From positions 1,860,001 through 1,892,000 of the forward strand of contig NZ_CP065936.1 of NCBI RefSeq assembly GCF_003367075.2: a stretch of 32,000 bases of DNA, written 5' to 3'. This DNA is from Cylindrospermopsis raciborskii Cr2010 (lineage in GTDB: Bacteria > Cyanobacteriota > Cyanobacteriia > Cyanobacteriales > Nostocaceae). The notes under the pieces are model-generated. The model was given only the letters and a program-made list of their open reading frames with translations, made no database searches and was not told where the DNA came from. The number at the start of each line of letters is the position of its first letter. Positions within the stretch are counted from its first letter, which is position 1. Shown one piece after another: positions 20,851 to 29,544 of the stretch. The translations under genes were made by a program, and so were the position numbers.

Positions 20851-21528
20851 ATGATTTCTATCGCAGACGACATGGATAACAACCGAGGTCTAACAATGAT
20901 GTTGAATAATTTAGAAAATGACTCGATTTTTACGCCAGAACAGGTTTTGGAAAATCGGGGTCGAGTGGCAATATTTATTGATGGCTCAAATTTATTTTAT
21001 GCAGCTTTGCAATTAGGTATCGAAATTGATTACACTAAACTATTATGTCGGTTGACTGGTGGATCAAGGCTATTACGGGCTTTTTTCTATACTGGTGTAG
21101 ACCGGACTAATGAGAAGCAACAGGGATTTTTGTTGTGGATGCGTCGCAATGGTTATCGAGTCATAGCTAAGGATTTGGTACAATTGCCAGACGGTTCCAA
21201 AAAAGCTAACCTAGATGTGGAAATAGCTGTGGATATGATGGCTTTAGTGGACTCCTATGACACCGCAGTTTTGGTCAGCGGTGATGGCGACTTGGCCTAT
21301 GCTGTTAACTCGGTCAGTTATCGTGGCGTTAGGGTGGAAGTTGTTAGTCTACGCTCCATGACCAGTGACAGCTTAATTAATGTGAGCGATCGCTATATTG
21401 ATTTGGAAGCGATTAGGGAGGATATCCAAAAGACACCTCGTCAGGGTTATCCCTACAGGCCATTATCCAGTATGGGATTCTTGGACGACCATCAAGATAG
21501 TGAAGGACATTTACAGATTCCAGAATAA
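20851..21528 (+). CDS. NYN-domain (LabA/DUF88-like) protein
   Basis: RVAIFIDGSNLFYAA...NLDVEIAVDMM...AVLVSGDGDLAYAV is the NYN/LabA pattern. The start is uncertain: ATG at 20851, or ATGATG at 20896 which has a better GAGG Shine-Dalgarno. The ORF-track TTG at 20773 is unlikely. Confidence 0.8.
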   Translation: MISIADDMDNNRGLTMMLNNLENDSIFTPEQVLENRGRVAIFIDGSNLFYAALQLGIEIDYTKLLCRLTGGSRLLRAFFYTGVDRTNEKQQGFLLWMRRNGYRVIAKDLVQLPDGSKKANLDVEIAVDMMALVDSYDTAVLVSGDGDLAYAVNSVSYRGVRVEVVSLRSMTSDSLINVSDRYIDLEAIREDIQKTPRQGYPYRPLSSMGFLDDHQDSEGHLQIPE

Positions 21529-21627
21529 TGCAAAAACAACTAAGCGGGAATTATGGGAGCGTTAATACGCAACTTCTAGAGGGGAAGTAAATCCAATTCC
21601 TCCCGCTACAGTTTTATGTGATTTTAT

Positions 21628-22800
21628 ATGTTAAATATGCCTAAAAATTTTAGTTATTGGTCAGTGATTTTATTATTGTTAACGGGATTATTTGGTTGCT
21701 CGGGTTCATCTACTATTTCTCCAGTGGAGAATAGTTCTGATTCTGATAAGTTGAGGAGTGATAGTCAGTTGACTTTTTTTGGTGTTAGTCTGGAGCAATT
21801 TGACCAAGATGGTAAACCATTTTGGAAGGTGCAAGCTCGTCAGGCTAAGTATACCAAAGAAAAGGAAATTGGTCAAGCCAAAAATCCCCAGGGTGAACTA
21901 TATCAAGATGGTAAAGTAGTTTATACAATTAAAGCAGAAACGGCGGATATTCAGCAAGATGGTAAACAACTTGTGCTCAAGGGTAAGATTGTGGCTACAG
22001 ATCCTCGTAATGGAGTAGTATTGGAAGGGAATGAATTGGAATGGCGACCCCAGGAAGATTTATTAATAGTCCGTAATCAGTTTCATGGTCATCATCGTCA
22101 ATTGAAAGCTACCGCCCAGGAAGCTAGAGTTAAAACTCGTCAACAACAGGTGGAGTTTACAGGCCAGGTGTTTGCCGTTTCTAATGACCCTAAATTACAA
22201 ATCAAAACTGAACGCTTACTTTGGCAAGTTCAATCAGAAAAGTTGGTGGGCGATCGCCCTGTGGAAATTCAACGTTATCAAAACAATCAATTTACTGATC
22301 GCGCTCAAGGAAAGGGTATAGAGGTTAATTTGAACACGAAAATTACCACCCTAGGACCGGAAGCCAAACTCCAGTTAATTAACCCACCAATGCAAATTAA
22401 TAGCAATGCGATCGCCTGGGATATTAATCAAGAAATTGTCAAAAGTAATGTTCCCGTAAAGGTAATTCATCAAGGGGAGAATATAACAGTATCTGGCAAT
22501 GCAGCGGAAATGAAATTGCTAAAGAAAACGGTTTATTTAACGGGTGATGTTCAGGCAATTGGGCAACGTAATCAGTTTTTAAAATCAGAGCGACTCACTT
22601 GGTATTTAGAGCGAAAATTAGTGGAAGCTCAAGGAAAGGTGATTTATCGTCAGATGGAACCACCTCTGACTTTCCAAGGGTCAACTGCAATTGGCAATTT
22701 GGCAACGGAAAATATTACCGTTAAGGGTGGTAGTTCTGGTCGGGTGGTGACAGAAGTTATTCCTCAGCAGGTTCTTACCCCATCCCTGGGAGAAAGATAA
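21628..22800 (+). CDS. Periplasmic lipoprotein with LptC/OstA-like repeats (cyanobacterial LptC-like)
   Basis: 390 aa with a signal peptide and lipobox (LLLLTGLFGCSG). The beta-rich repetitive sequence is typical of long cyanobacterial LptC homologs. The family call is from memory. Confidence 0.6.
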   Translation: MLNMPKNFSYWSVILLLLTGLFGCSGSSTISPVENSSDSDKLRSDSQLTFFGVSLEQFDQDGKPFWKVQARQAKYTKEKEIGQAKNPQGELYQDGKVVYTIKAETADIQQDGKQLVLKGKIVATDPRNGVVLEGNELEWRPQEDLLIVRNQFHGHHRQLKATAQEARVKTRQQQVEFTGQVFAVSNDPKLQIKTERLLWQVQSEKLVGDRPVEIQRYQNNQFTDRAQGKGIEVNLNTKITTLGPEAKLQLINPPMQINSNAIAWDINQEIVKSNVPVKVIHQGENITVSGNAAEMKLLKKTVYLTGDVQAIGQRNQFLKSERLTWYLERKLVEAQGKVIYRQMEPPLTFQGSTAIGNLATENITVKGGSSGRVVTEVIPQQVLTPSLGER

Positions 22801-22955
22801 CGATTTGTAACATTTGGTTCATATTCGTTGTCAAATTCGATTTTTGGATAGAAACTAAATAGTATGGCACTTTAGGTAGTCAGCAATTTTCCCAACCTGA
22901 TTCTAATCGTGTTCCCAAACAACGTAATTAAAAGAATTACAGCAATCATAGTTTT

Positions 22956-23459
22956 ATGAACAATATTTCTAACCTTCAATTTAAGAGATCCGGTTGGCAA
23001 ACAACCGTAATCTTTACCCTGGGTTTTTGGCTCAGCGCTACCATGGTATTAGATGGGTTAATCATGCCCAGTCTTTACATTACTGGTATGATGAAAGAAG
23101 CAAATTTTACCATGGCTGGCTACAGCATTTTTTGGAATTTTAACCGTGTGGAGTTAGTAGCTGCTGCGGTAGTATTGACCGCCATATTGGCTATGGGTAA
23201 AGCCAAGTCAAAATGGAACTTGAGTTCTATATGTTGGTCGGTTTTATTGCTCATGGTGGCCCTGTTAGATACCTATCTGCTCACCCCCCAAATGTCCGCT
23301 CTGGGTAGTAATTTGAGTTTGATGGTTACACCTGGTACAGTGCCAGAAACCATGAATTTACTACATGGTGGTTATTTTATCCTAGAAGTTATTAAGTTAG
23401 TAGGAGCTGGTTGGCTATTTAATCGCTGTTGGAATGATAGAGAAATCATGGCAATCTAG
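22956..23459 (+). CDS. Integral membrane protein (4 predicted TM; DUF4149-like guess)
   Basis: 167 aa with ATG at 22956 and four hydrophobic segments. Confidence 0.65.
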   Translation: MNNISNLQFKRSGWQTTVIFTLGFWLSATMVLDGLIMPSLYITGMMKEANFTMAGYSIFWNFNRVELVAAAVVLTAILAMGKAKSKWNLSSICWSVLLLMVALLDTYLLTPQMSALGSNLSLMVTPGTVPETMNLLHGGYFILEVIKLVGAGWLFNRCWNDREIMAI

Positions 23460-23493
23460 TTTGACTAGGTTTGACCATATAAGGCGATCGCTT

Positions 23494-23784
23494 TTAGGAA
23501 GCGCGATCGTCTTCATTCTCAGGTAGTAAAAGACGAATAGCCAAAACAGCAAAACCAATAGCTGCAATTGTCTTTAAAATTCTGGTGGGCAATAATTGTG
23601 CCACCGCTCCCCCAGCTAACACACCCAGCAAACTAGTGAACACCAGCGCAGCTGCGGTGCCAAAAAATATAGCCTTTCTAGATTTTCCTTGACCAGACAA
23701 TGCGATCGCAGCTAGTTGACTCTTATCACCCAGTTCGGAAAGAAACACGGTAATAAAGCTAATTCCCAGAAGATTCCAATCCAT
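23494..23784 (-). CDS. UPF0016 (GDT1/TMEM165/Mnx) half-size membrane protein
   Basis: 96 aa carrying one copy of the family signature E-x-G-D-K-[ST] (ELGDKSQL). Confidence 0.85.
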   Translation of the reverse strand: MDWNLLGISFITVFLSELGDKSQLAAIALSGQGKSRKAIFFGTAAALVFTSLLGVLAGGAVAQLLPTRILKTIAAIGFAVLAIRLLLPENEDDRAS

Positions 23785-23804
23785 ATCTATATCTATTTAA
23801 TAAC

Positions 23805-24179
23805 TTAACCGTGAATCACATCCCAAAATAACATCGAAGAAACTAACAATAATACCAGTCCTGCTGATTTTTCTACCGTTTTAGGACTAAGTCTACTAGC
23901 AATAAAACCACCAAGCAGTACACCCAGTAAACTAGTGGTGACCAAAGCAGCTCCTGCTCCCAGGAATACCAACCAAGGCGCATGGGACTGGGCACTCATT
24001 AATAATGTTGATAATTGAGTCTTATCACCAATTTCCGCCAAAAAAATGGTAATAAAGGTTGTCCCAAATACTACCCAAACCGAGTCAGACTTTTTTGTCT
24101 TGGGTGGTGATTGGTCAGCAGGTGCAGTAATGGTTAAATCCAAAGTATCAAGTTTCACGGTGCTAACGGAGTTTTTCAT
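23805..24179 (-). CDS. UPF0016 (GDT1/TMEM165/Mnx) half-size membrane protein with an N-terminal extension
   Basis: 124 aa carrying one copy of the signature (EIGDKTQL). It lies 20 nt upstream of the other half-gene on the same strand. Confidence 0.85.
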   Translation of the reverse strand: MKNSVSTVKLDTLDLTITAPADQSPPKTKKSDSVWVVFGTTFITIFLAEIGDKTQLSTLLMSAQSHAPWLVFLGAGAALVTTSLLGVLLGGFIASRLSPKTVEKSAGLVLLLVSSMLFWDVIHG

Positions 24180-24248
24180 ATTTTTATCATTATCTCATAA
24201 TGTAATGACCAATGACAAGTTTTTAAAAAAAGATCCTTTGTCCCTACT

Positions 24249-24605
24249 TCACAACTCAAAACCCAGGGTCTGATTAAATCGAATCATTTCTAAACTGCGA
24301 TCGCCATATACAGAATCTATCTGTTGATGACAACAGTCAATAGCGAAGTCATTTAACTCCTCTGGTTTGATACCATACATCTTTTCAAAGGTTTTAGACT
24401 CTACCCGACAAAATGAAGGACGATCCCTATAAATAGTACATTCTCGTGTTTGATGATCAAAATTAACACACCAACCGTCCTCACCTACCAAACGGAGATA
24501 GAGTGAGAGTTCTGTAGGTGAGAGATAATCGGATAAATAGGGGCGATCGCTAGGATCCAGATGACAGCAAGCACCACACTGCTTAACACATTGCCAAGTA
24601 GCCAT
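24249..24605 (-). CDS. YkgJ-family (UPF0153) cysteine-cluster protein
   Basis: 118 aa with the N-terminal CxxCxxCC motif (CVKQCGACCH) and downstream Cys residues. Confidence 0.8.
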   Translation of the reverse strand: MATWQCVKQCGACCHLDPSDRPYLSDYLSPTELSLYLRLVGEDGWCVNFDHQTRECTIYRDRPSFCRVESKTFEKMYGIKPEELNDFAIDCCHQQIDSVYGDRSLEMIRFNQTLGFEL

Positions 24606-24737
24606 AAATTACCTCCATAATAGATGAAACAAAAAGAGACATGAACTGATCCTGTTTTTTGGTATATTGATATAGTAGGAAAAATTGCCATTTAGCAATT
24701 TGAATTATTTAATTTTTTAAAACCCTTGGGAGGAAAA

Positions 24738-24857
24738 ATGGAAGCTCTAGCTAATATCAACTGGGAAGTCGCGTTTCAATTGACCTGTGTAGCATTAATT
24801 GTCCTTGCTGGACCCGCTGTAATTTTTGTACTCGCTTTTCGTAACGGGGATCTTTAA
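24738..24857 (+). CDS. psb30: Photosystem II reaction-centre protein Psb30 (Ycf12), 39 aa
   Basis: Not in the ORF track because it is too short. A GGAGG-like Shine-Dalgarno (gggaggaaaaATG) precedes the start. Translation: [39 protein letters not shown], which matches the Psb30 pattern (...QL..VALI..AGP.VIF.LA.R.G.L). Confidence 0.85.
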   Translation: MEALANINWEVAFQLTCVALIVLAGPAVIFVLAFRNGDL

Positions 24858-24933
24858 TTGGTGAAATGGGAAGTGGGTGTGAGCAAGCCATACTTTGCCA
24901 AAATACTACAAAATTAAGCCCAAACTGAGTCAA

Positions 24934-26757
24934 CTAGTTTCCGTCAAAGCTGTAATTGCAGCTTTGATGATACTGTTGAGGTAACCTAACACCGACTAAC
25001 TCCAACTCAATATCATTCGCACCATTAAAGTTATTTTCCCGTAACTTGTAAGCAATATCAATAGTGAAGGGTAAAGGGAAATAATCACCCCATCGCCAAG
25101 CCAAAGCTTTAATTTCATATCTTGTATTATCTATGATTTGAGCCAAAGTTAACTTAATACTACCCTTACCAATCATTTGCTGTTCTACCACTCGTACTTG
25201 GGGAGTCCAAAAGATAGGGTCAGGGTTTTCAATTCCACAGGGATGAAGAATATTCAACTGTTGGAATAAATCCCGATTGATCTGACAAAAGTTGATTTGA
25301 CCATCTATTCTTAATAGTGGTTTGAGATGTTGAACTTCCAGACATTGATTAGCAAACTCTGATAAACGCAATCGAAAATTTTCTAGATTAGCTGCGGGTA
25401 AAGAAAATCCAGCAGCAGCTTTATGTCCACCATATTTATATAGTAAATCGCTGCTAAACTCCAAAGCATCAAACACATTAAATTCAGGTATTCCCCTTGC
25501 GGAACCACGAACCAGGTGATTATTTTCGTAAGTACCGATAAAGACAGGAACTCCATAACGTTCTACCAGACGAGAAGCGACAATGCCAATTACACCATGA
25601 TGCCAATTATCTTTGACTACGACCAGAACTCGGTCTTGATGCAAATTTTGTGCATATAAATCTTCAACCAACAATATTGCCTCTCCTTGGATTTCCTCAC
25701 AGATTTTTTGACGTTCAGCATTTATTTGCTCACATTGCATTGCTCGTTCTAAAGCAATTCCCATATCATCAGTAGTTAGTAATTCGATCACAATTTGAGG
25801 ATTGCCAATTCTACCCACAGCATTGATTCTTGGTCCTAGACGAAATCCAATATCTTCTGGTTTTAAAGACTTAGAATTTTGTGCCTTAGATACTTGCTGA
25901 TTTTCTCCCATACTTGGTTGTACACCAGAGACTTGAATTAAAGCCTGAACACCCGGTAAATTGGACTTATATAATGATTTTAAGCCCCGTTTTATCCAAC
26001 GACGATTAACACCGGTTAAAGGAGCTAGGTCAGCAATAGTTCCCAAGGTAAATAAATCCAACATAGGTTGAACCAGACCTGTGATTTTTTGCAAATGTTG
26101 AGCTAAACATACAGCTAAAACATAGGCTACACCCACACCAGCAAGACCTCTATAAGGGGAAGATAGAGATATTAATTTGGGGTTAAGAATTGCATCAGCA
26201 ACTGGTAATTGGGGAGGTAAATCATGGTGATCCGTAATAATCACTTTCAAACCCAACTCTTTTGCTCTTGCAATAGGTTCAAGAGCAGCAATACCATTAT
26301 CTACGGTTAGAATTAAACTGACCCCTTCACTGTGAAATTCTTCCACAATTCGTTTATTAATTCCATACCCCTCGTGCATTCTACTGGGAATAGCATAGTC
26401 AATGTTTGCACCTAAAGATCCAAGACTACGTAACAGCAAGGCTGTACTAGTCATGCCATCAGCATCATAATCGCCGCAGATAGCAATTTTCTCATGGTTC
26501 CTAATAGCACTTGCCAATAATTCCACACTGGGAACTAAATCGGGGAACTCGTCCAAGGGAGAGGGTAAATTTATACATTCAGGATTGATAAATCTAGTAG
26601 CTATTTCTGGTGTTTCCATACCTCTATTAATTAACAACTGACCTATAATAGGAGAAACATTATTGACACTTGCTAACTTTTCAGCTAATTCTTCATTTTG
26701 CTTTGCTATGTGCCAGCGTTGATATGGTAATTTTATATTATTTTTCTGTGGAGTCAT
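24934..26757 (-). CDS. recJ: Single-stranded-DNA-specific exonuclease RecJ
   Basis: 607 aa with DHH-family motifs (ICGDYDADGMTS, TVDNG, IITDHHDLP) and a DHHA1 region (GGHKAAAGFS). Confidence 0.93.
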   Translation of the reverse strand: MTPQKNNIKLPYQRWHIAKQNEELAEKLASVNNVSPIIGQLLINRGMETPEIATRFINPECINLPSPLDEFPDLVPSVELLASAIRNHEKIAICGDYDADGMTSTALLLRSLGSLGANIDYAIPSRMHEGYGINKRIVEEFHSEGVSLILTVDNGIAALEPIARAKELGLKVIITDHHDLPPQLPVADAILNPKLISLSSPYRGLAGVGVAYVLAVCLAQHLQKITGLVQPMLDLFTLGTIADLAPLTGVNRRWIKRGLKSLYKSNLPGVQALIQVSGVQPSMGENQQVSKAQNSKSLKPEDIGFRLGPRINAVGRIGNPQIVIELLTTDDMGIALERAMQCEQINAERQKICEEIQGEAILLVEDLYAQNLHQDRVLVVVKDNWHHGVIGIVASRLVERYGVPVFIGTYENNHLVRGSARGIPEFNVFDALEFSSDLLYKYGGHKAAAGFSLPAANLENFRLRLSEFANQCLEVQHLKPLLRIDGQINFCQINRDLFQQLNILHPCGIENPDPIFWTPQVRVVEQQMIGKGSIKLTLAQIIDNTRYEIKALAWRWGDYFPLPFTIDIAYKLRENNFNGANDIELELVGVRLPQQYHQSCNYSFDGN

Positions 26758-27079
26758 GGTTGGTTATAATCAGCAAAAATATGAAATTTCAAATCCAGTA
26801 GATGTATAAATAATAATCTATAATGTTAGCAGCAAACACAATTTTTTGATAAAATCTCAAGTAAGTGCCAACTTGGCAACCAGAGACTCTAGAAGGGAGT
26901 TACATTGAACTAGACAAACAAGAGTTAGTCTCTTACAGTTTGTTAAACGAGTGAACAAAATGACCATTTGCTGCAATAGGAATGATCAATGAATACAAAC
27001 CTAATCGATTACAAATTACCCCCCTAATTAACGATTAGGTTTGTCAGTGATATTCCCTAAACGCTTCAGCAGCAAATAA

Positions 27080-27130
27080 GAGAGTGGGAGTGAATGGCGC
27101 TTGGTAATGCCTCCTCCCACTCTCTTTTTT
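27080..27130. terminator. Bidirectional rho-independent terminator-like hairpin just downstream of sbcD
   Basis: An 11-bp perfect stem, GAGAGTGGGAG (27080-27090) with CTCCCACTCTC (27114-27124). On the + strand it is followed by TTTTTT (27125-27130). On the - strand it is followed by TTATTTG. It lies 29 nt past the sbcD stop. Confidence 0.65.
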
Positions 27131-27158
27131 ATGGGTACTACCAAAAAACAATATGTCA

Positions 27159-28403
27159 CTATCTGTCTACCAAAATCATAGTCTCATCATCTCCTAATAA
27201 CTCTTGTGCTGCTTCTAACATATATGTGGCAATATCTTTTAAATCTTCACGATTGTTTAAGTAGGTTCTTAATGCCTCTATGGGATCAATACTACTACTA
27301 GCATTTAATTCGGGAATTCGCGGTCTGGCTAATTGACTCACTAGTTCTGGGTGAATCGTATAATGATGTGCATCCCCCAGCGCCTTATGAATAACAGCGT
27401 TTTCTATTACATCTAATTGTTCCGAACGCAGTTTATAAACTAGTCTGACTACATTCCCTGTTAGGTCATGTTTGGCGATCGCCTGCAATAATGTTTGTTG
27501 AGGATTGTCTCTGGGGGATAAATCCACCTCGATGGTGCGGAAAATGCGAGCAGGTAGTGGGCAAAACTGCCAATTGGCCTTACCTTTTTCCAACTCTACC
27601 ATGACATAACCCTTTTGTTCTTTTTCTTCACTAAAATCCACTCGCTCAATACTACCAGGATAAACCACAGGTGGGTCGTTGGATTTATTCAGATTTTGAT
27701 GGCAGTGGACATGACCTAATGCCACATAATCAAAACATGGTCTAATAAGTAAAGAAGCTGGCAGAGTAAAACCCTTACCTACAGCTAATAAACGTTCCGC
27801 ACCCAACATAGCATTATCAGCCATCAAATGGGCTAAAAGTATGGTGGGCAGATTTGGGTCTAAATTTCTCACCTCTCCTTCTAAAACCACTTGTAATTTT
27901 TCAATCAAAAGTTGATTAACCTCAGCCATAGACATTCCCGTAGTTTCCTTGCGGGTCATTAACATAGACCTAGTCAACCAAGGTAGAGTAATTACTTGTA
28001 CCTTACCATTGGGGGTTTGAATATGATGGGTAGTCAAACTATCACCCACCACAAAACCGGGTACTCCCAAAGTTCGGTAAATATTAAGACTTGCTCCTCC
28101 TATACCCTGGGAATGTAAATCATGATTGCCAACTAATAAAACCGTTGGAATATGGGCATCAACCAACCTACGAAACTGACTGGCAAATGCTTCTTGTACG
28201 TAAGGTGGAGGGGTAGCATCCGGAAAGGCATCACCACCAAATATAACCATATCTACTGGTTCAGACAGGGCCCGATCAATACATAAAGATAGGGTATTAA
28301 CAAAATCCTCCAAGCGGGAGTTTAATCCAGTGTTGGGGTTAATACGTCCGTGGGAAAAACCGCTTCCTATATGAATATCTGAAAGGTGTAGAACTTTGAT
28401 CAT
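27159..28403 (-). CDS. sbcD: SbcD/Mre11-family DNA repair exonuclease (metallophosphoesterase)
   Basis: 414 aa with calcineurin-like motifs LHLSDIHIG, GGDAF, GNHD and GHVH. Confidence 0.88.
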   Translation of the reverse strand: MIKVLHLSDIHIGSGFSHGRINPNTGLNSRLEDFVNTLSLCIDRALSEPVDMVIFGGDAFPDATPPPYVQEAFASQFRRLVDAHIPTVLLVGNHDLHSQGIGGASLNIYRTLGVPGFVVGDSLTTHHIQTPNGKVQVITLPWLTRSMLMTRKETTGMSMAEVNQLLIEKLQVVLEGEVRNLDPNLPTILLAHLMADNAMLGAERLLAVGKGFTLPASLLIRPCFDYVALGHVHCHQNLNKSNDPPVVYPGSIERVDFSEEKEQKGYVMVELEKGKANWQFCPLPARIFRTIEVDLSPRDNPQQTLLQAIAKHDLTGNVVRLVYKLRSEQLDVIENAVIHKALGDAHHYTIHPELVSQLARPRIPELNASSSIDPIEALRTYLNNREDLKDIATYMLEAAQELLGDDETMILVDR

Positions 28404-28476
28404 GGATTTACGGCAATCTTTTTTTCATGATACGCTCCCACACTCACAGTGTGGGATTTATATCTAGATTTAAATC

Positions 28477-29181
28477 TTAAATGTGAATACCACACTCAGT
28501 CTTCCCAGTACCGCGCCAACGTCCAGCTCTTTCATCTTCTCCATCACCTACCCTGGTAGTAATGGGTTCATCACCAATACTTGGGTATCCTTGATCATGT
28601 AGGGGATTATAAATTACCTTGTATTCAGCTACATACTCCCAGCTTTCTTTTCTTGTCCAGGTAGCCAAGGGATTAATTTTTAAGCGCCCTTGATTATCCA
28701 ACTCAAACACGGGCATATTCGCACGGGTAACCGCCTGATCCCGACGACGACCAGTAATCCAAGCTACTGTATTTAATTCATCCAATCCACGCTGCAAAGG
28801 TTCAATTTTAGTAATTTGATGAAATTTACTAATATCAGTATCCCACAACGCCTCTCCATACTTAGCGGCAAATTCCTCACGACTATAGACATTGGGTACT
28901 TTATAGGTCTTTAAGTCTAAGCCATAAACTGTTTTAGCTTTAGCAACCAAGTCTAAAGTTTGTTCAAAGTGATGAAGGGTATCAAGGAAAATCACTGGTG
29001 TTGGGTGATCCAGTACTTCATAAAGAATATGGGTAATAATCAAGTCATCAACATTGAAAGCACTGGTTTGGACTAAACCCGTAGGTACGTTTTCCACCGA
29101 CCATGCCAAGATTTCCGTGGGAGTGGCGGTTTCAAATTGTTCATTTAAACTTTCTAAGTCAAAAGCTGTTGCAACTGTCAT
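28477..29181 (-). CDS. cysH: Phosphoadenosine phosphosulfate (PAPS) reductase family protein
   Basis: C-terminal ECGIH motif. I saw no CC...CxxC iron-sulfur cysteines. The likely start is ATG 29181 (MTVATAFDLESL...). The ORF-track TTG start at 29214 adds 11 codons. Confidence 0.88.
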   Translation of the reverse strand: MTVATAFDLESLNEQFETATPTEILAWSVENVPTGLVQTSAFNVDDLIITHILYEVLDHPTPVIFLDTLHHFEQTLDLVAKAKTVYGLDLKTYKVPNVYSREEFAAKYGEALWDTDISKFHQITKIEPLQRGLDELNTVAWITGRRRDQAVTRANMPVFELDNQGRLKINPLATWTRKESWEYVAEYKVIYNPLHDQGYPSIGDEPITTRVGDGEDERAGRWRGTGKTECGIHI

Positions 29182-29280
29182 GGTAGTTCTCTTGTCAACG
29201 TTTAAATATCTCAAAGTATTTTACCGGAAAATTGACCCACCTGACTTAAAAGTTGCTGGAAAACTCTTTCCATCCATTTA

Positions 29281-29544
29281 TCAAGCGCGATTAATTCCAC
29301 TGCCAACTACGTAGTCCGCGCGTCTGCACTCCCCTTTGGTCCCATTAAAGATATCCTCGGGAGACCGAAACTGATCCACTTTTATCACCAGAGCATCCAA
29401 AGGTAAGTCACGTATCTTTACCATGGAATCCGGGGATTGAGGTTCATCGAGTATAGCATATAACTTCCCGTTCTCCTCTTTAAGCTCAACCTGTGCGGTT
29501 TTCTTAATTAGTTCGGCAAGAATTTCCATGTCCCTACTCATCAT
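29281..29544 (-). CDS. Small partner ORF of the second ATPase; possibly a truncated or decayed homolog of the 1-233 PD-(D/E)xK-like gene
   Basis: ATG candidates lie at 29544, 29541 (both overlapping the ATPase stop at 29534-29536) and 29529. A gap-free 24-residue match to the 1-233 product, DQFRSPEDIFNGTKGECRRADYVV versus DQMKDKTLPDYHGVAEMYRVDFVV, gives 7 identities with identical spacing. The ORF stops 8 codons after the D, so no ExK is present. Confidence 0.5.
   Translation of the reverse strand: MMSRDMEILAELIKKTAQVELKEENGKLYAILDEPQSPDSMVKIRDLPLDALVIKVDQFRSPEDIFNGTKGECRRADYVVGSGINRA

Noticed and set aside
24046-24691. ORFs 24046-24273 (+) and 24485-24691 (-)
   Set aside because: The first is antisense to the UPF0016 gene. 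The second overlaps the ykgJ-like gene out of frame and runs into its promoter region.
29054-29314. 86-aa + strand ORF spanning the cysH 5' end and the spacer; also 30237-30437 (+) and 14063-14245 (+)
   Set aside because: They are antisense to well-supported genes (cysH, the second ATPase, chlL).
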